Shown here piece by piece: positions 24,421-36,600 of a stretch of 39,975 nucleotides of DNA. Below the pieces are notes generated by a model. That model was given only the letters and a program-made list of their open reading frames with translations. It had not been told where the DNA came from and did no database searches. The stretch comes from Nemertoderma westbladi (taxonomy: Eukaryota; Animalia; Xenacoelomorpha), in NCBI GenBank assembly GCA_032718475.1, contig JAUCBJ010000591.1, positions 1-39,975 on the forward strand, written 5' to 3'. Numbering within the stretch: position 1 is the stretch's first letter; each line of letters starts with the position of its first letter. The position numbers and the translations under genes were made by a program.

Positions 24421-24581
24421 TATTACGGTTTGCTGAAAGATTATATTATTATAGCAATCGCATTTCGCCATTTTGTTATAAACTGTCGTGGTGGCTGCTG
24501 TATGTTTATGATACCCAATGCTTATCACTTACTATAAAGCAAAAAAAAAGTCCGGGACCAAATTTAATTGGTACTATATAA

Positions 24582-25163
24582 TGGTAAATGTTCTAGAACC
24601 TTAATATATATTATTATATGGTAGCTAGTGTTTTTTTTTTACAAAGTAGTATTTTTTTGAAAATAAAAAGATTTTACTTTTTTTTGTTAACATTATAAGT
24701 TATGGTAGCTATGGTGTTTTTATGGAGCTTGTGAATTATTTACTAGCTAGTAATAGTATGTATTTAAAATGTTTAAAACTGTATTTTTTTATATATTGCG
24801 TATGTATACTGTATGTGTTGTTGGTTGGTTAACAAGCCTAAATTATTATCCTAGATAATAGCTGGATCTCATTCAGGGACTGTTATAATATCATCAATAT
24901 TTTTAGTAATTAATATAATCAGCAACAGTTTAGGTCTAATTCTGAAATATCAATGTTTTCACAAATGTTTTTGTTATTTCAAGGAAATGCTAGCTAGTAA
25001 AAAAATACACCTTAATAAATAATATATAATAATGTTCTCGAACACTTACCAATAACAAAAATAAAAAAAATACAGTATTTTTAAAATTTCAAAAAATTAT
25101 AGCAAGTAAATAACACTAGCTACCATAAAAAATATCTCTACTAATGTTCTAGAACATTCACCA
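24582..25163. mobile_element. Old, degenerate inverted-repeat element
   Basis: TGGTAAATGTTCTAGAAC...ATGGTAGCTAGTGTT (24582-24632) is mirrored by AACACTAGCTACCAT...GTTCTAGAACATTCACCA (25112-25163). Confidence 0.5.
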
Positions 25164-25194
25164 ATATCTAAAAAGCACTAAAAAGTTGCTATCA

Positions 25195-25344
25195 GGAACC
25201 GGACAATTCGGTTCCGGACAATTCGGTCCCGGACAATTCGGTCCCGGACAATTCGGTCCTAGGCCAATTCGGTCCCGGACAATTCGGTCCCATTTATTTG
25301 GTGTTTTGGGACCGAATTGTCCGGGACCGAATTGTCCTACATCC
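25195..25344. mobile_element. Small MITE built from 15-bp GGACAATTCGGTCCC repeats (six forward, two inverted)
   Basis: Tandem forward copies at 25201-25291; inverted copies GGGACCGAATTGTCC at 25308-25337. Confidence 0.75.
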
Positions 25345-28300
25345 GTTGCAGTGGTGTCTGCTATGGTGGTTGTAGTGGTGTCTGATATGGTGGCTGTACT
25401 GATGTCTGCTATGATGGTTGTACTGGTGTCTGCTATTGTGGCTGTACTGATGTCTGCTATGATGGTTCTACTGGTGGCTGTAGTGGTGTCTGCTATGGTG
25501 GCTGTACTGGTGTCTGATATGGTGGCTGTAGTGGTGTCTGATATGGTGGCTGTAGTGGTGTCTGATATGGTGGCTGTACTGGTGTCTGATATGGTGGCTG
25601 TACTGGTGTCTGCTATGATGGCTGTTCTGGTTTCTGCTCTGGTGGTTGTACTTGTGTCTGCTATGATGGTTGTACTGGTGTCTGCTATGGTGGCTGTACT
25701 GGTGTCTGCTATGGTGGCTGTACTGGTGTCTGCTATGATGGCTGTTCTGGTGTCTGCTCTGGTGGTTGTACTGGTGTCTGCTATGATGGTTCTACTGGTT
25801 CTGATATGGTGGCTGTAGTGGTGTCTGCTATGGAGGCTGTACTGGTGTCTGCTATGGTGGCTGTACTGGTGTCTGCTATGATGGCTGTTCTGGTGTCTGC
25901 TCTGGTGGTTGTACTGGTGTCTGCTATGATGGTTGTACTGGTGTCTGCTATGGTGGCTGTACTGGTGTCTGCTATGATGGCTGTTCTGGTGTCTGCTCTG
26001 GTGGTTATACTGGTGTCCACTATGATGGTTATACTGGTGTCTGATATGGTGGCTGTAGTGGTGTCTGCTATGGTGGCTGTAGTGGTGTCTGCTATGGTGG
26101 CTGTACTGAATCTGCTATGTTGACTGCTATGGTGGCTGTACTAATGTCTGCTATGGTGGCTGTACTGGTGTCTGCTATGATGGCAGTACTGGTTTCTGCT
26201 ATGATGGCTGCACTGGTGTCTGCTATGGTAGCTGTACTGGTGACTGCTATGGTGGTTGTACTGGTTTCTGCTATGATGGTTTTCATGGTGTCTGCTATGG
26301 TGGCTGTACTGGTGTCTGCTATGGTGGCAGTACTGGTGTCTGTTATGGTGGGTGTACTGGTGTCTGTTATGGTGGCTGTACTGGTGTCTGTTATGGTGGC
26401 TGTACTGGTGTCTGCTATGGTGGCTGTACTGGTGTCTGCTATGATGGCAGTACTGGTTTCTGCTATGATGGCTGCACTGGTGTCTGCTATGGTAGCTGTA
26501 CTGGTGACTGCTATGGTGGTTGTACTGGTTTCTGCTATGATGGTTTTCATGGTGTCTGCTATGGTGGCTGTACTGGTGTCTGCTATGGTGGCAGTACTGG
26601 TGTCTGTTATGGTGGCTGTACTGGTTTCTGCTATGATGGCTGCACTGGTGTCTGCTATGGTAGCTGTACTGGTGACTGCTATGGTGGTTGTACTGGTTTC
26701 TGCTATGATGGTTTTCATGGTGTCTGCTATGGTGGCTGTACTGGTGTCTGCTATGGTGGCAGTACTGGTGTCTGTTATGGTGGGTGTACTGGTGTCTGTT
26801 ATGGTGGCTGTACTGGTGTCTGTTATGGTGGCTGTACTGGTGTCTGCTATGGTGGCTGTACTGGTGTCTATTATGGTGGCTGTACTGGTGTCTGTTATGG
26901 TGGCTGTACTGGTGTCTGCTATGGTGGCTGTAGTGGTGTCTGCTATGGTGGCTGTACTGATGTCTGCTATGATGGTTGTACTGGTGTCTGCTATGGTGGC
27001 TGTACTGGTGTCTGCTATGGTGGCTGTACTGGTGTCTGTTATGGTGGCTGTACTGGTGTCTGTTATGGTGGCTGTACTGGTGTCTGCTATGGTGGCTGTA
27101 GTGGTGTCTGCTATGGTTGCTGTACTGGTGTCTGCTATGGTGGCTGTACTAAGTGTCTGCTATGGTGGCTGTAGTGGTGTCTGATATGGTGGCTGTACTG
27201 GTGTCTGCTATGGTGGCTGTACTGGTGTCTGCTATGGTGGCTGTACTGGTGTCTGCTATGGTGGCTGTACTGGTGTCTACTATGGTGGCTGTACTGGTGT
27301 CTGCTCTGGTGGTTGTACTGGTGTCTGATATGGTGGCTGTACTGGTGTCTGTTATGGTGGCTGTACTGGTGTCTGCTCTGGTGGTTGTACTGGTGTCTGA
27401 TATGGTGGCTGTACTGGTGTCGGCTATGGTGGCTATACTGGTGCTGCTTTGGTGGCTGTACTGGTGTCTGATATGGTGGCTGTACTGGTGTCTGCTATGG
27501 TGGTTGTACTGGTGTCTGCTCTGGTGGTTGTACTGGTGTCTGATATGGTGGCTGTTCTGGTGTCTGCTCTGGTGGTTGTACTGGTGTCTGCTAGGGTGGC
27601 TGTACTAAGTGTCTGCTATGGTGGCTGTAGTGGTGTCTGATATGGTGGCTGTAATGGTGTCTGCTATGGTGGCTGTACTGGTGTCTGTTATGGTGGCTGT
27701 ACTGGTATCTGCTCTGGTGGTTGTACTGGTGTCTGATATGGTGGCTGTACTGGTGTCTGTTATGGTGGCTGTACTGTTGTCTGCTCTGGTGGTTGTACTG
27801 GTGTCTGATATGGTGGCTGTACTGGTGTCGGCTATGGTGACTATACTGGTGCTGCTTTGGTGGCTGTACTGGTGTCTGATATGGTGGCTGTACTGGTGTC
27901 TGCTATGGTGGTTGTACTGGTGTCTGCTCTGGTGGTTGTACTGGTGTCTGATATGGTGGCTGTTCTGGTGTCTGCTCTGGTGGTTGTACTGGTGTCTGCT
28001 AGGGTGGCTGTACTAAGTGTCTGCTATGGTGGCTGTAGTGGTGTCTGATATGGTGTCTGCTATGGTGGCTGTACTGGTGTCTGTTATGGTGGCTGTACTG
28101 GTGTCTGCTCTGGTGGTTGTACTGGTGTCTGATATGGTGGCTGTACTGGTGTCTGTTATGGTGGCTGTACTGGTGTCTGCTCTGGTGGTTGTACTGGTGT
28201 CTGATATGGTGGCTGTACTGGTGTCGGCTATGGTGGCTATACTGGTGCTGCTTTGGTGGTTGTACTGGTGTCTGATATGGTGGCTGTACTGGTGTCGGCT

Positions 28301-29515
28301 ATGGTGGCTATACTGGTGCTGCTTTGGTGGCTGTACTGGTGTCTGATATGGTGGCTGTAATGGTGTCTACTATGGTGGCTGTACTGGTGTCTGTTATGGT
28401 GGCTGTACTGGTGTCTGCTCTGGTGGTTGTACTGGTGTCTGATATGGTGGCTGTACTGGTGTCTGTTATGGTGGCTGTACTGGTGTCTGCTCTGGTGGTT
28501 GTACTGGTGTCTGATATGGTGGCTGTACTGGTGTCGGCTATGGTGGCTATACTGGTGCTGCTTTGGTGGCTGTACTGGTGTCTGATATGGTGGCTGTACT
28601 GGTGTCTGTTATGGTGGCTGTACTGGTGTCTGCTCTGGTGGTTGTACTGGTGTCTGATATGGTGGCTGTACTGGTGTCTGTTATGGTGGCTGTACTGGTG
28701 TCTGCTCTGGTGGTTGTACTGGTGTCTGATATGGTGGCTGTACTGGTGTCGGCTATGGTGGCTATACTGGTGCTGCTTTGGTGGCTGTACTGGTGTCTGA
28801 TATGGTGGTTGTACTGGTGTCTGATATGGTGGCTGTACTGGTGTCGGCTATGGTGGCTATACTGGTGCTGCTTTGGTGGCTGTACTGGTGTCTGATATGG
28901 TGGCTGTACTGGTGTCTGCTCTGGTGGTTGTACTGGTGTCTGATATGGTGGCTGTACTGGTGTCTGTTATGGTGGCTGTACTGGTGTCTGCTCTGGTGGT
29001 TGTACTGGTGTCCGATATGGTGGCTGTACTGGTGTCGGCTATGGTGGCTATACTGGTGCTGCTTTGGTGGCTGTACTGGTGTCTGATATGGTGGCTGTAC
29101 TGGTGTCTGCTCTGGTGGTTGTACTGGTGTCTGATATGGTGGCTGTACTGGTGTCTGTTATGGTGGGTGTACTGGTGTCTGCTATGGTGGCTGTACTGGT
29201 GTCTGTTATGGTGGCTGTACTGGTGTCTGCTCTGGTGGTTGTACTGGTGTCTGATATGGTGGCTGTTCTGGTGTCTGCTCTGGTGGTTGTACTGGTGTCT
29301 GCTATTGTGGCTGTACTGGTGTCTGCTATGGTGGCAGTACTGGTGTCTGCTTTGGTGGCTGTACTGGTGTCGGCTATGGTGGCTGTACTGGTGCTGCTTA
29401 GGTGGCTGTACTGGTGTCTGCTATGGTGGCTGTGCTGGTGTCGGCTATGGTGGCTGTACTGGTGTCTGCTATGGTGGCTGTACTGATGTCTGCTATTGTG
29501 GCTGTGCTGCTGTCT
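25345..29515. repeat. 24-bp intronic minisatellite, ~174 copies (GGTGGCTGTACTGGTGTCTGCTAT)
   Basis: Directly visible. Scattered 1-bp indels shift the MVAVLVSA/TATIADTS frames. Confidence 0.97.
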
Positions 29516-29554
29516 ATATTATGTTAATATTGCCTATATTACGTTTATAAGTAC

Positions 29555-29716
29555 CTGAAATCCTCCACGGCATGCTGCTGTGCACTGTGTCCATGGCAGC
29601 CACTCACTCCATGTTTCGTAGTCAAGTGCTGCATGGACACAATTCGGCCCGTTGGGGTCACATGGGGCCACAGTAGTGAGACACGGTGGGGTAGCTTCGA
29701 GTGGGTATTCTTCTCC
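29555..29716 (-). CDS. Host gene exon A (162 nt, phase 0-0): Cys/Pro linker plus first half of a TSP1 domain
   Basis: Acceptor ttatttcag|, donor TCAG|gtactt. Reads GEEYPLEATPPC...WSEWLPWTQCTAACRGGFQ and continues in frame as ERRREC in exon B. Confidence 0.9.
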
Positions 29717-30211
29717 CTGAAATAACAAGAATAAAATTGTACAATGGCGACTGAAGACTTTATGGAAATTTTAAAAAAATATCAATATAATTATAATTTA
29801 AGAACAATTTAATTGAAATTTATTTAATAGATTTAAATATATCAATAAAAATATATAAATAGATTTATGATTTTTTTGGACAATTTCTTTCACTTGTTTT
29901 TTCCTGCTTATTTAATGAAGTAATCTATTGATGAGTTTGCTTCCTCAAGATTAATTCGGCACTTCTAACTCCATGAATTTCATCCATATATCGAAGTAAT
30001 TCAATATTATTAATCAGGTTCTATAGACCACTGAAACCACATATATCACTAGCCGATATTGTGGCACTTCTGATAAAAAGAAAACGCCACACGATGATTA
30101 CTCACGATTACTCACGATTACTCACGATTACTCACGATTATTCTTACTTAAAAATTTAAGAGCATCTGCTCCATACTTTGAAGCTTTTTCCTTTAAATCA
30201 TATTTCTTTAC

Positions 30212-30273
30212 CTGGAAATCTTTCTCTTGTCCCTCTTGTAAGGGGGGAAATTGATGGACATACGATCCAGGAC
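30212..30273 (-). CDS. Tentative upstream host exon (62 nt, phase 1-0)
   Basis: Acceptor ctttcaaacag|, donor CCAG|gtaaag. Reads GPGSYVHQFPPLQEGQEKDFQ and is phase-compatible with exon A. No recognisable domain. Confidence 0.35.
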
Positions 30274-30895
30274 CTGTTTGAAAGCGTTTGACAGCATCAG
30301 GACGGGTCTGATACAGATGGTGCAACCAGGGCAAGATTGCCCACAATAATATCATGGAGCACCGTTTTCGTTTCGTGTTCTAGCATGCCAGCCCAAGCCG
30401 GTTGTCTTACAGAAACTGGAAATGTTTTACATTCACTTCACACCCGCCGGCCTGTGATTAAGAAGCAGCACCACAAACTTGCGCAAATCGCGCTTCTGCT
30501 TATTAAAAATTATCACATTTAAATCATTCGGTTTAAAATAAATGCAGAAAATTCAATAAAACTGTGATTGAAATTAGAATATTGACGAATTCCAAGATAG
30601 CTCCTTTTAACGAATTCATTAAAAAGGCTCTCTCTTAGAACTTCTATATGGTATCCTAAGAGCGCCTATCTAATGAATATATTGGAATATGCTATCTCTA
30701 TACAGTTTCTGAGATAGCTCCTTATAATGAATTCTTTAGAAAGGCACTATCTCAGTTATCCTTATACAGTTTTAGAGATGGCGCATTTTTAATGAAATTG
30801 TTGCTGCAGTTATAAATCCTGCCTTTAAAATTACTTATTTACCAATTTTACTCAAACACGATGTTTTTATTGATAAAGGACCAGTCACGGTGTTT

Positions 30896-31143
30896 ATAAT
30901 AATTATTCCTAACAAATTATTCTCTAGTAAAGGTTCTTACGCCATCTAGTGCTATTATACCTATATTCGAACTAATCTATTCAATCTGTAAGCCTCAACG
31001 GAATATGTGATGTCTTATTGCCTCAACGGAATACGTGATGTCTTATTGGTCCAAATTATTCTATTAACTCTACCTGGTATAAAATATTCGTTGGTTGGCC
31101 TATTCAGGCACTTGTAATCTGTGTCCTGCAGAAGAATTTCCTT
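30896..31143 (+). repeat. 248-bp direct repeat, copy 1
   Basis: Matches 34502-34749 apart from three substitutions, all inside an internal 28-bp tandem duplication. Confidence 0.95.
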
Positions 31144-34100
31144 AGAATATAGGGACAGAATAGTTATGCCCACTGTTCGACCTAAACAGGTGCGACCAAC
31201 CCCTCTGCTGGCAGACAGAATGTCCAGCACTGCGTTCGCCCACCCACATAACACCCACACTCTGGGCCCCAGTTTGTCTCCCATCATCAACTCTCGTGAT
31301 GGACACCTTGCCGCCTTATGGCCGGCCGTGTCCGTCGGTTCGGTTGAGTTGGTAAGGGACGTGGGGCCCATGGGGGCGAAAGGGAGAATCGCCCGGGCGA
31401 ATGAAGACTCCCTTTATAGGGAAAGATTAAACGAGTCCTCATTAAATCTGCAAGCCATGCAGTGAACAAAATCAGCAACAACAACAACAGCAACAATTAC
31501 AGCAGCATTTAAAGCAGTTGCACGACGAAGCTGTCAATAACGAGCAATCGCGTATCTCGCAGCATCGACGTCTACAAGAGTTGCGAGGTGAATCTGCACA
31601 AAAAGGAAAAAGGAGCTACACCAAAAGCTGGCTAATTCTCAGGACCTCCTGGCCTCTAACAATACCTGAAAATATGTCACGCCCTCCTATCTCACCCAAT
31701 GTTAAAAACTCTGAATATAACTCAGAGGCACAAAATGACACACAAAATAATAATAATGTTAATAACCCTTACAGGCACCCCCAGACTAATGTAGGCCTCT
31801 GTGATAACTCTACTTTTAACTCTATGTTTAATAGTACTACTGTATAGCCCAAGATAGTTTCACCCGCCAATTAGCGCGCACTGAAGCGCGTCAAGCTGTT
31901 AAAGTAGGTGAAATTATTAAATTTCATGGAAATGAGTTAAAATGGCTTCCATTTAGAGAATATGTAAAAGATAGTATATTTAGTTCACCATTACCTAATA
32001 TTGAGAAACTACCCTACCTAATCGATTGTTTAGAAGGCTATCGGAAGAAATTAGCGCAAAGATATATCAGACACTCACAGGGATTGGAAGAATTATAGAA
32101 ACTGTTACAAGCTAGATACGGAAACGAAGCGTCTATAGCTCAATATCTGTATCGAAAGTTGGTTAATCGTAAACGTGTGATAATTACAGAAATGATTGAA
32201 TTTGTGGACAAGATCAAAGAAATCTGCGACAACCAGATTGGCTAGATAAACATGAATATTATGACACCCCGGTCGTTGTTGGTATGATTTCTGCAGCTCT
32301 GCCCAAAGGCAGTGTATCCACACGATGGGACTGCAACGTACCGAATGCACAACTCCGTAACAAACCAGCTCCAGGCATGAAGGACTTCTTAGAATATCTC
32401 GATTATGAATCCTCTTTACTTATGATTACTCAGCGCCGTGAGCGCAACGTAGACCCGAAACTCGACAAAAATCCTCCAACCAAACGTCGGGAATGAGTAT
32501 ATCAAACGGATTTATCCACATGTGAAGAAGAATCGGAGGGAAGTGAGAGTTCCTATCATATAACGGATAAAACTAAACATACGACACAACAGCGAAAGAA
32601 CCCTAGATCTCTATCCCCTAGATGCAAAGGTCAATCTGATAGACCCTCACGTGACAGTACCCCCGTCCGAACTGTAAAAACTCAAAACGCAACACACACT
32701 GAAGTAAAAACTCTTAACAGATTATTAAATCAGTAACCTACGCTGGCTGTTCGTTATGTAGTAAAGAGTCCCATAGATTATCACAATGTCCTGAATTCAT
32801 TAAATTATCACTCGAAAAACGAAGAGAAACCGCTAGTATACTTAGAGTATGTTTCCTGTGCTTATGTCCCGGACATAGCAGAAACAGATGCTATTGAAAA
32901 GACACTTATAAATGCGTTAAATGTAATGGTAACCATCACTATCTATTGCACCAGAAAGACTTGGTTCCACAGATGGAAGCGAAAGTTCAGTTCACTGATC
33001 ACTCATCTTACGATTCGTCAGGATGTTCTGAACAAGAATTCGATACAGATGAATTTATAACTGATGATGAGAGTTGCAACCATGTAATGGTATACGAAGC
33101 CATCACTTATGAGTCGCCAACTACTCCAGAACAAACATCAGATGAGCAAACATCACAGGGAACATCAGACCCAAAATCGATTGGTGTTCGCGAATTCCCA
33201 ATTCTACAAGTATGGCTGCATTATAACAACCGTATCATTATAGTAAACGCTTTGTTGGATACCGGAAGTTCGGGATCTTTTATCGACCAAGATCTTGCAG
33301 ACGAGCAATTTAATGAGAACGACGGCCATCCTATGAAATTAAATGTGTAATGCAAATCTGGCAATTGGTTATCCAAACTCGTTAATATAAAGTTTCACTG
33401 TCCGATCCAGGAGACATCTACAATGTAGGCAAGCTTGACAATATCAAGATGGTAGCTATAAAAAATTTTGCGGAAAGCCAAGCACCAATGTATGATTGGG
33501 ACAGCGATGACTTTGTAAAGAACAACAATATACCGAGATACAAACTCAACCGACAGGAGTTCAATTATTGATCGGTCAGAACCCACCGGAGGCTATGGAA
33601 ATTCTGAAAAAGTTCCCCAGCTCCCCTCCACCATTGACCACATACGCTGGTAGAACTCGTGTAGGATGGTTCTGTACCGGTCCTTCTATTAAAACTTTAA
33701 ATGAAAGAACAACCAATGACGAAACTTTAACTCATAATATTTACTTTGAAGACCTTTCTATTAACTACATCCGTTCACAACAACCCGTCAGGATCATGGA
33801 AGCGGAGAGATTCGCGGAGGGAGGATCCGATTTTGGACTAAATACAAAATTTTCAAAATTTCCGGACAATACAAGTGACTCCAGCGATAACGATCTACCG
33901 ACCTCTCGCTTCAATACAGACGACGCGATTACAATGTTAGAATACGGAGAATACACCCGCTGTTTACTAACAGAAGTGACCCCATTAACTAACTATTATA
34001 CAGACATCGAGGAGGATAGGGATATTTTATTGCAAAAAAATATCGCCGACGCCGCTTTAACAGAAAAAATATCCAATTGGGTGGATCAACAAAAGATGGA

Positions 34101-34501
34101 AGAAAATTATCACGATAGAGCCCAATCCATCGAAGAAGAACGAGCCATACAGATCCAAAATGCCACCACCCGTTACATCCCTGAAGAAGGTAGATATGAG
34201 ACAGGGCTCCTGTGGCGCTCCAAATCGGTGAAGTTAATGAACAACCGCGTCTTGGCTGAGAAACACTTAAGTCAACTTAAGAGACGTTTAAATGGTAATC
34301 CCAACGCTTTAAGGATGTACAACGAACAAATGCCAAAAACCATCAGCGAAGGATATGCTACCGAGGTGCCACCTGATACTCCCCATACTGATCGCACGTA
34401 TTATATCACCCATCATTACGTGAAAAGACCTGATGAACCAGACAAGGTCCGAGTAGTTTTTGACGGATCAGCTCTGTTCAAGGGACAATCCATAATAAGG
34501 C

Positions 34502-34749
34502 ATAATAATTATTCCTAACAAATTATTCTCTAGTAAAGGTTCTTACGCCATCTAGTGCTATTATACCTATATTCGAACTAATCTATTCAATCTGTAAGCC
34601 TCAACGGAATACGTGATATCTTATTGCCTCAACGGAATATGTGATGTCTTATTGGTCCAAATTATTCTATTAACTCTACCTGGTATAAAATATTCGTTGG
34701 TTGGCCTATTCAGGCACTTGTAATCTGTGTCCTGCAGAAGAATTTCCTT
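34502..34749 (+). repeat. 248-bp direct repeat, copy 2
   Basis: Matches 30896-31143 and begins exactly where pol homology ends. Confidence 0.95.
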
Positions 34750-35593
34750 CACATGCAGGCCCCTTAAACACTGGTCAGATTACTGACAATCGGTGTTTAT
34801 TACATTTCTTTATGTCTTACTGTATAATATAAATGCTTGTAATCTTTAATTATTATTATTAATTGATATTCTATCGTTAAACTCAATTTGCTCTAATAAC
34901 GCGCCATAACAGATGGGTCTCTGCTATTAAGTATCAGTGATAATCTGGACAATTGTATTAGATTCGTGTGTTGTTTTATCTCTGATTTACTAAATAATTA
35001 TTATATGGCGATATACCAGACCATTAATATAAGAAAAGCCCTTATTATTACAGAGGGTTGTCATGAATTGATTGCGATAGAAATATTCATATAATTATAC
35101 ATAAAGGCAAGTCACTATACGTTTCCCCTAAAGGGAAACACAAACACCAAATTTGAGTCCTTACAGAATTAATCAGTCAGTCATTTACTTGTTATACTTT
35201 GTTGTCACACCCTCCCGGTATCGTATCTCAGTTAAATACAATAGATAATCAAATACCGTATCGAACCAAATAAGTTATAGAGCAAATCAATACATGAGAA
35301 GGAAAGGAAAGGGAAGTGATCGATACAGTGAGTGGTCCTTGTTGACAGGTACACTAGCGCAATCCCGTTTATTGTATCAGACCAGTGTTCAAAAGGCCAT
35401 AAATGCATAGAATCTCTGCACAAAGTATCAAACAAGTCAAATCAAATATATGAAATTGAGATTGGAAGAACTTAATTTACTAAAAGCGCTAACAGAAATT
35501 CAAAGAAAAGGTGTTATCTGAGAAATTTGTTGACCAATTACGAAAAGTTCAATTTCCACAGTTTGTAAGGTAACTGCGATAGCGCCTTTTTAT

Positions 35594-35912
35594 TGCCACA
35601 TGACGGAAAATCGCGAAATTTCGCAAACGTTGCGATTTTTGCAAAGATTGCGAAAATCGCGAAATATCTTAAACCTCGCGATTTCGCCCAATTATATAAT
35701 ATTTCTAGAAAATGTTCTAGAACAAAAATATTTCTTCTAGAAGATTATTTAAATTGGATAGGAAATTTTATCTATCTAAATTTCTTAAAGAAATTAGCAC
35801 ATACTATAGCTAGTATGAGAAAATGAGCAGGATGTGTAAGAATACTGCACTAGTACCTACTTTAGGTAGACTTCGCAAACGTAGCGATCTTCGCGAAATT
35901 CGCATGTTGGCA
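35594..35912. mobile_element. MITE with imperfect CpG-rich terminal inverted repeats
   Basis: TGCCACATGACGGAAAATCGCGAAATTTCGCAAACGTTGCGA versus the reverse complement of the right end, TGCCAACATGCGAATTTCGCGAAGATCGCTACGTTTGCGAA. Confidence 0.65.
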
Positions 35913-36228
35913 TAAATTGGGAATGATATCGTTTGCCGTTTTATAAAAGCCGGTCGCTTTAAACTGCTCCTTTCCCTCATTTTGTTACGGAATCGTTTAT
36001 TTACGAAATGTCCATATCTGTAACCTGGTCCATTATCTCAATTTGTACAGAAAAATATTGCCCAATTTAAATAGAGAGAAAATTACTTGCATTTTTGTGT
36101 GGCAAAACCAAGTAATTACAGGCACTAAGTATAAAGAAAAAGATAATTTTATTTTTTTTATTTATTTTTATATTTATGTCTTATTAATAACAATAATAGT
36201 AAAATTTTGAATTTTTACAACAGTAACA

Positions 36229-36600
36229 TTAAGGGGGGGTGGGGGTACACCCCCCCCCTCAGATCAAAATTTTCGTTTTTTTTTGTTTTTTTATTTCATC
36301 TAGAGTAGAATTTAATGCGGATTTCAAATCTGGAAACGGCTTAGCGAGATCTATTTTACTTCTCGAGTAATGGCTGGTTTTCCGTCTGTATGTCTGTCTG
36401 TCTGTCCATCGAAATATTAAAACGAGCATAAAATAAGCAATCTGAAATGTTTGCTGTTAGGATTTTTCTAAATGTCGATATCTGTTTTCATATTTGGAAT
36501 TATCTAATCACTATGTCTGTATCTCAGTATGTCTCTCAGCTTGTCTGTCTGTCTGTCTGTTTGTATGTCTGTCTGTCTGTCAACGTGTCCGTCAAATTTT
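36229..36600. mobile_element. DNA transposon end fragment with (GTCT)n microsatellites (Kolobok-like end or Helentron/DINE-like)
   Basis: TTAA|G-tract-TACA-C-tract hairpin, then GTCT runs at ~36384-36406 and ~36542-36581. No partner end found. Confidence 0.4.

Larger units (their letters stand above)
30896..34749 (+). mobile_element. BEL/Pao LTR retrotransposon, decayed gag-protease-RT start, bracketed by a 248-bp direct repeat
   Basis: Gag motif KFHGNELKWLPFRE...IEKLPYLIDCLEG (~31920-32040); three Cys/His knuckles (~32745-32955); protease ALLDTGSSGSFI (~33250-33285); pol GRYETGLLW, NNRVLA..L..L.RRL, YYITHH.V...KVRVVFDGSA (34190-34475). Many stops and frameshifts. Confidence 0.9.

Noticed and set aside
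25186-29550. Long hydrophobic ORFs (MVAVLVSA, LLWWLYWC) and Thr-rich antisense ORFs
   Set aside because: They are translations of a stop-poor 24-bp repeat, open in several frames on both strands and broken by indels.
35203-35560. Possible solo LTR starting TGTCACA
   Set aside because: No matching end, TSD, PBS or second copy could be identified.
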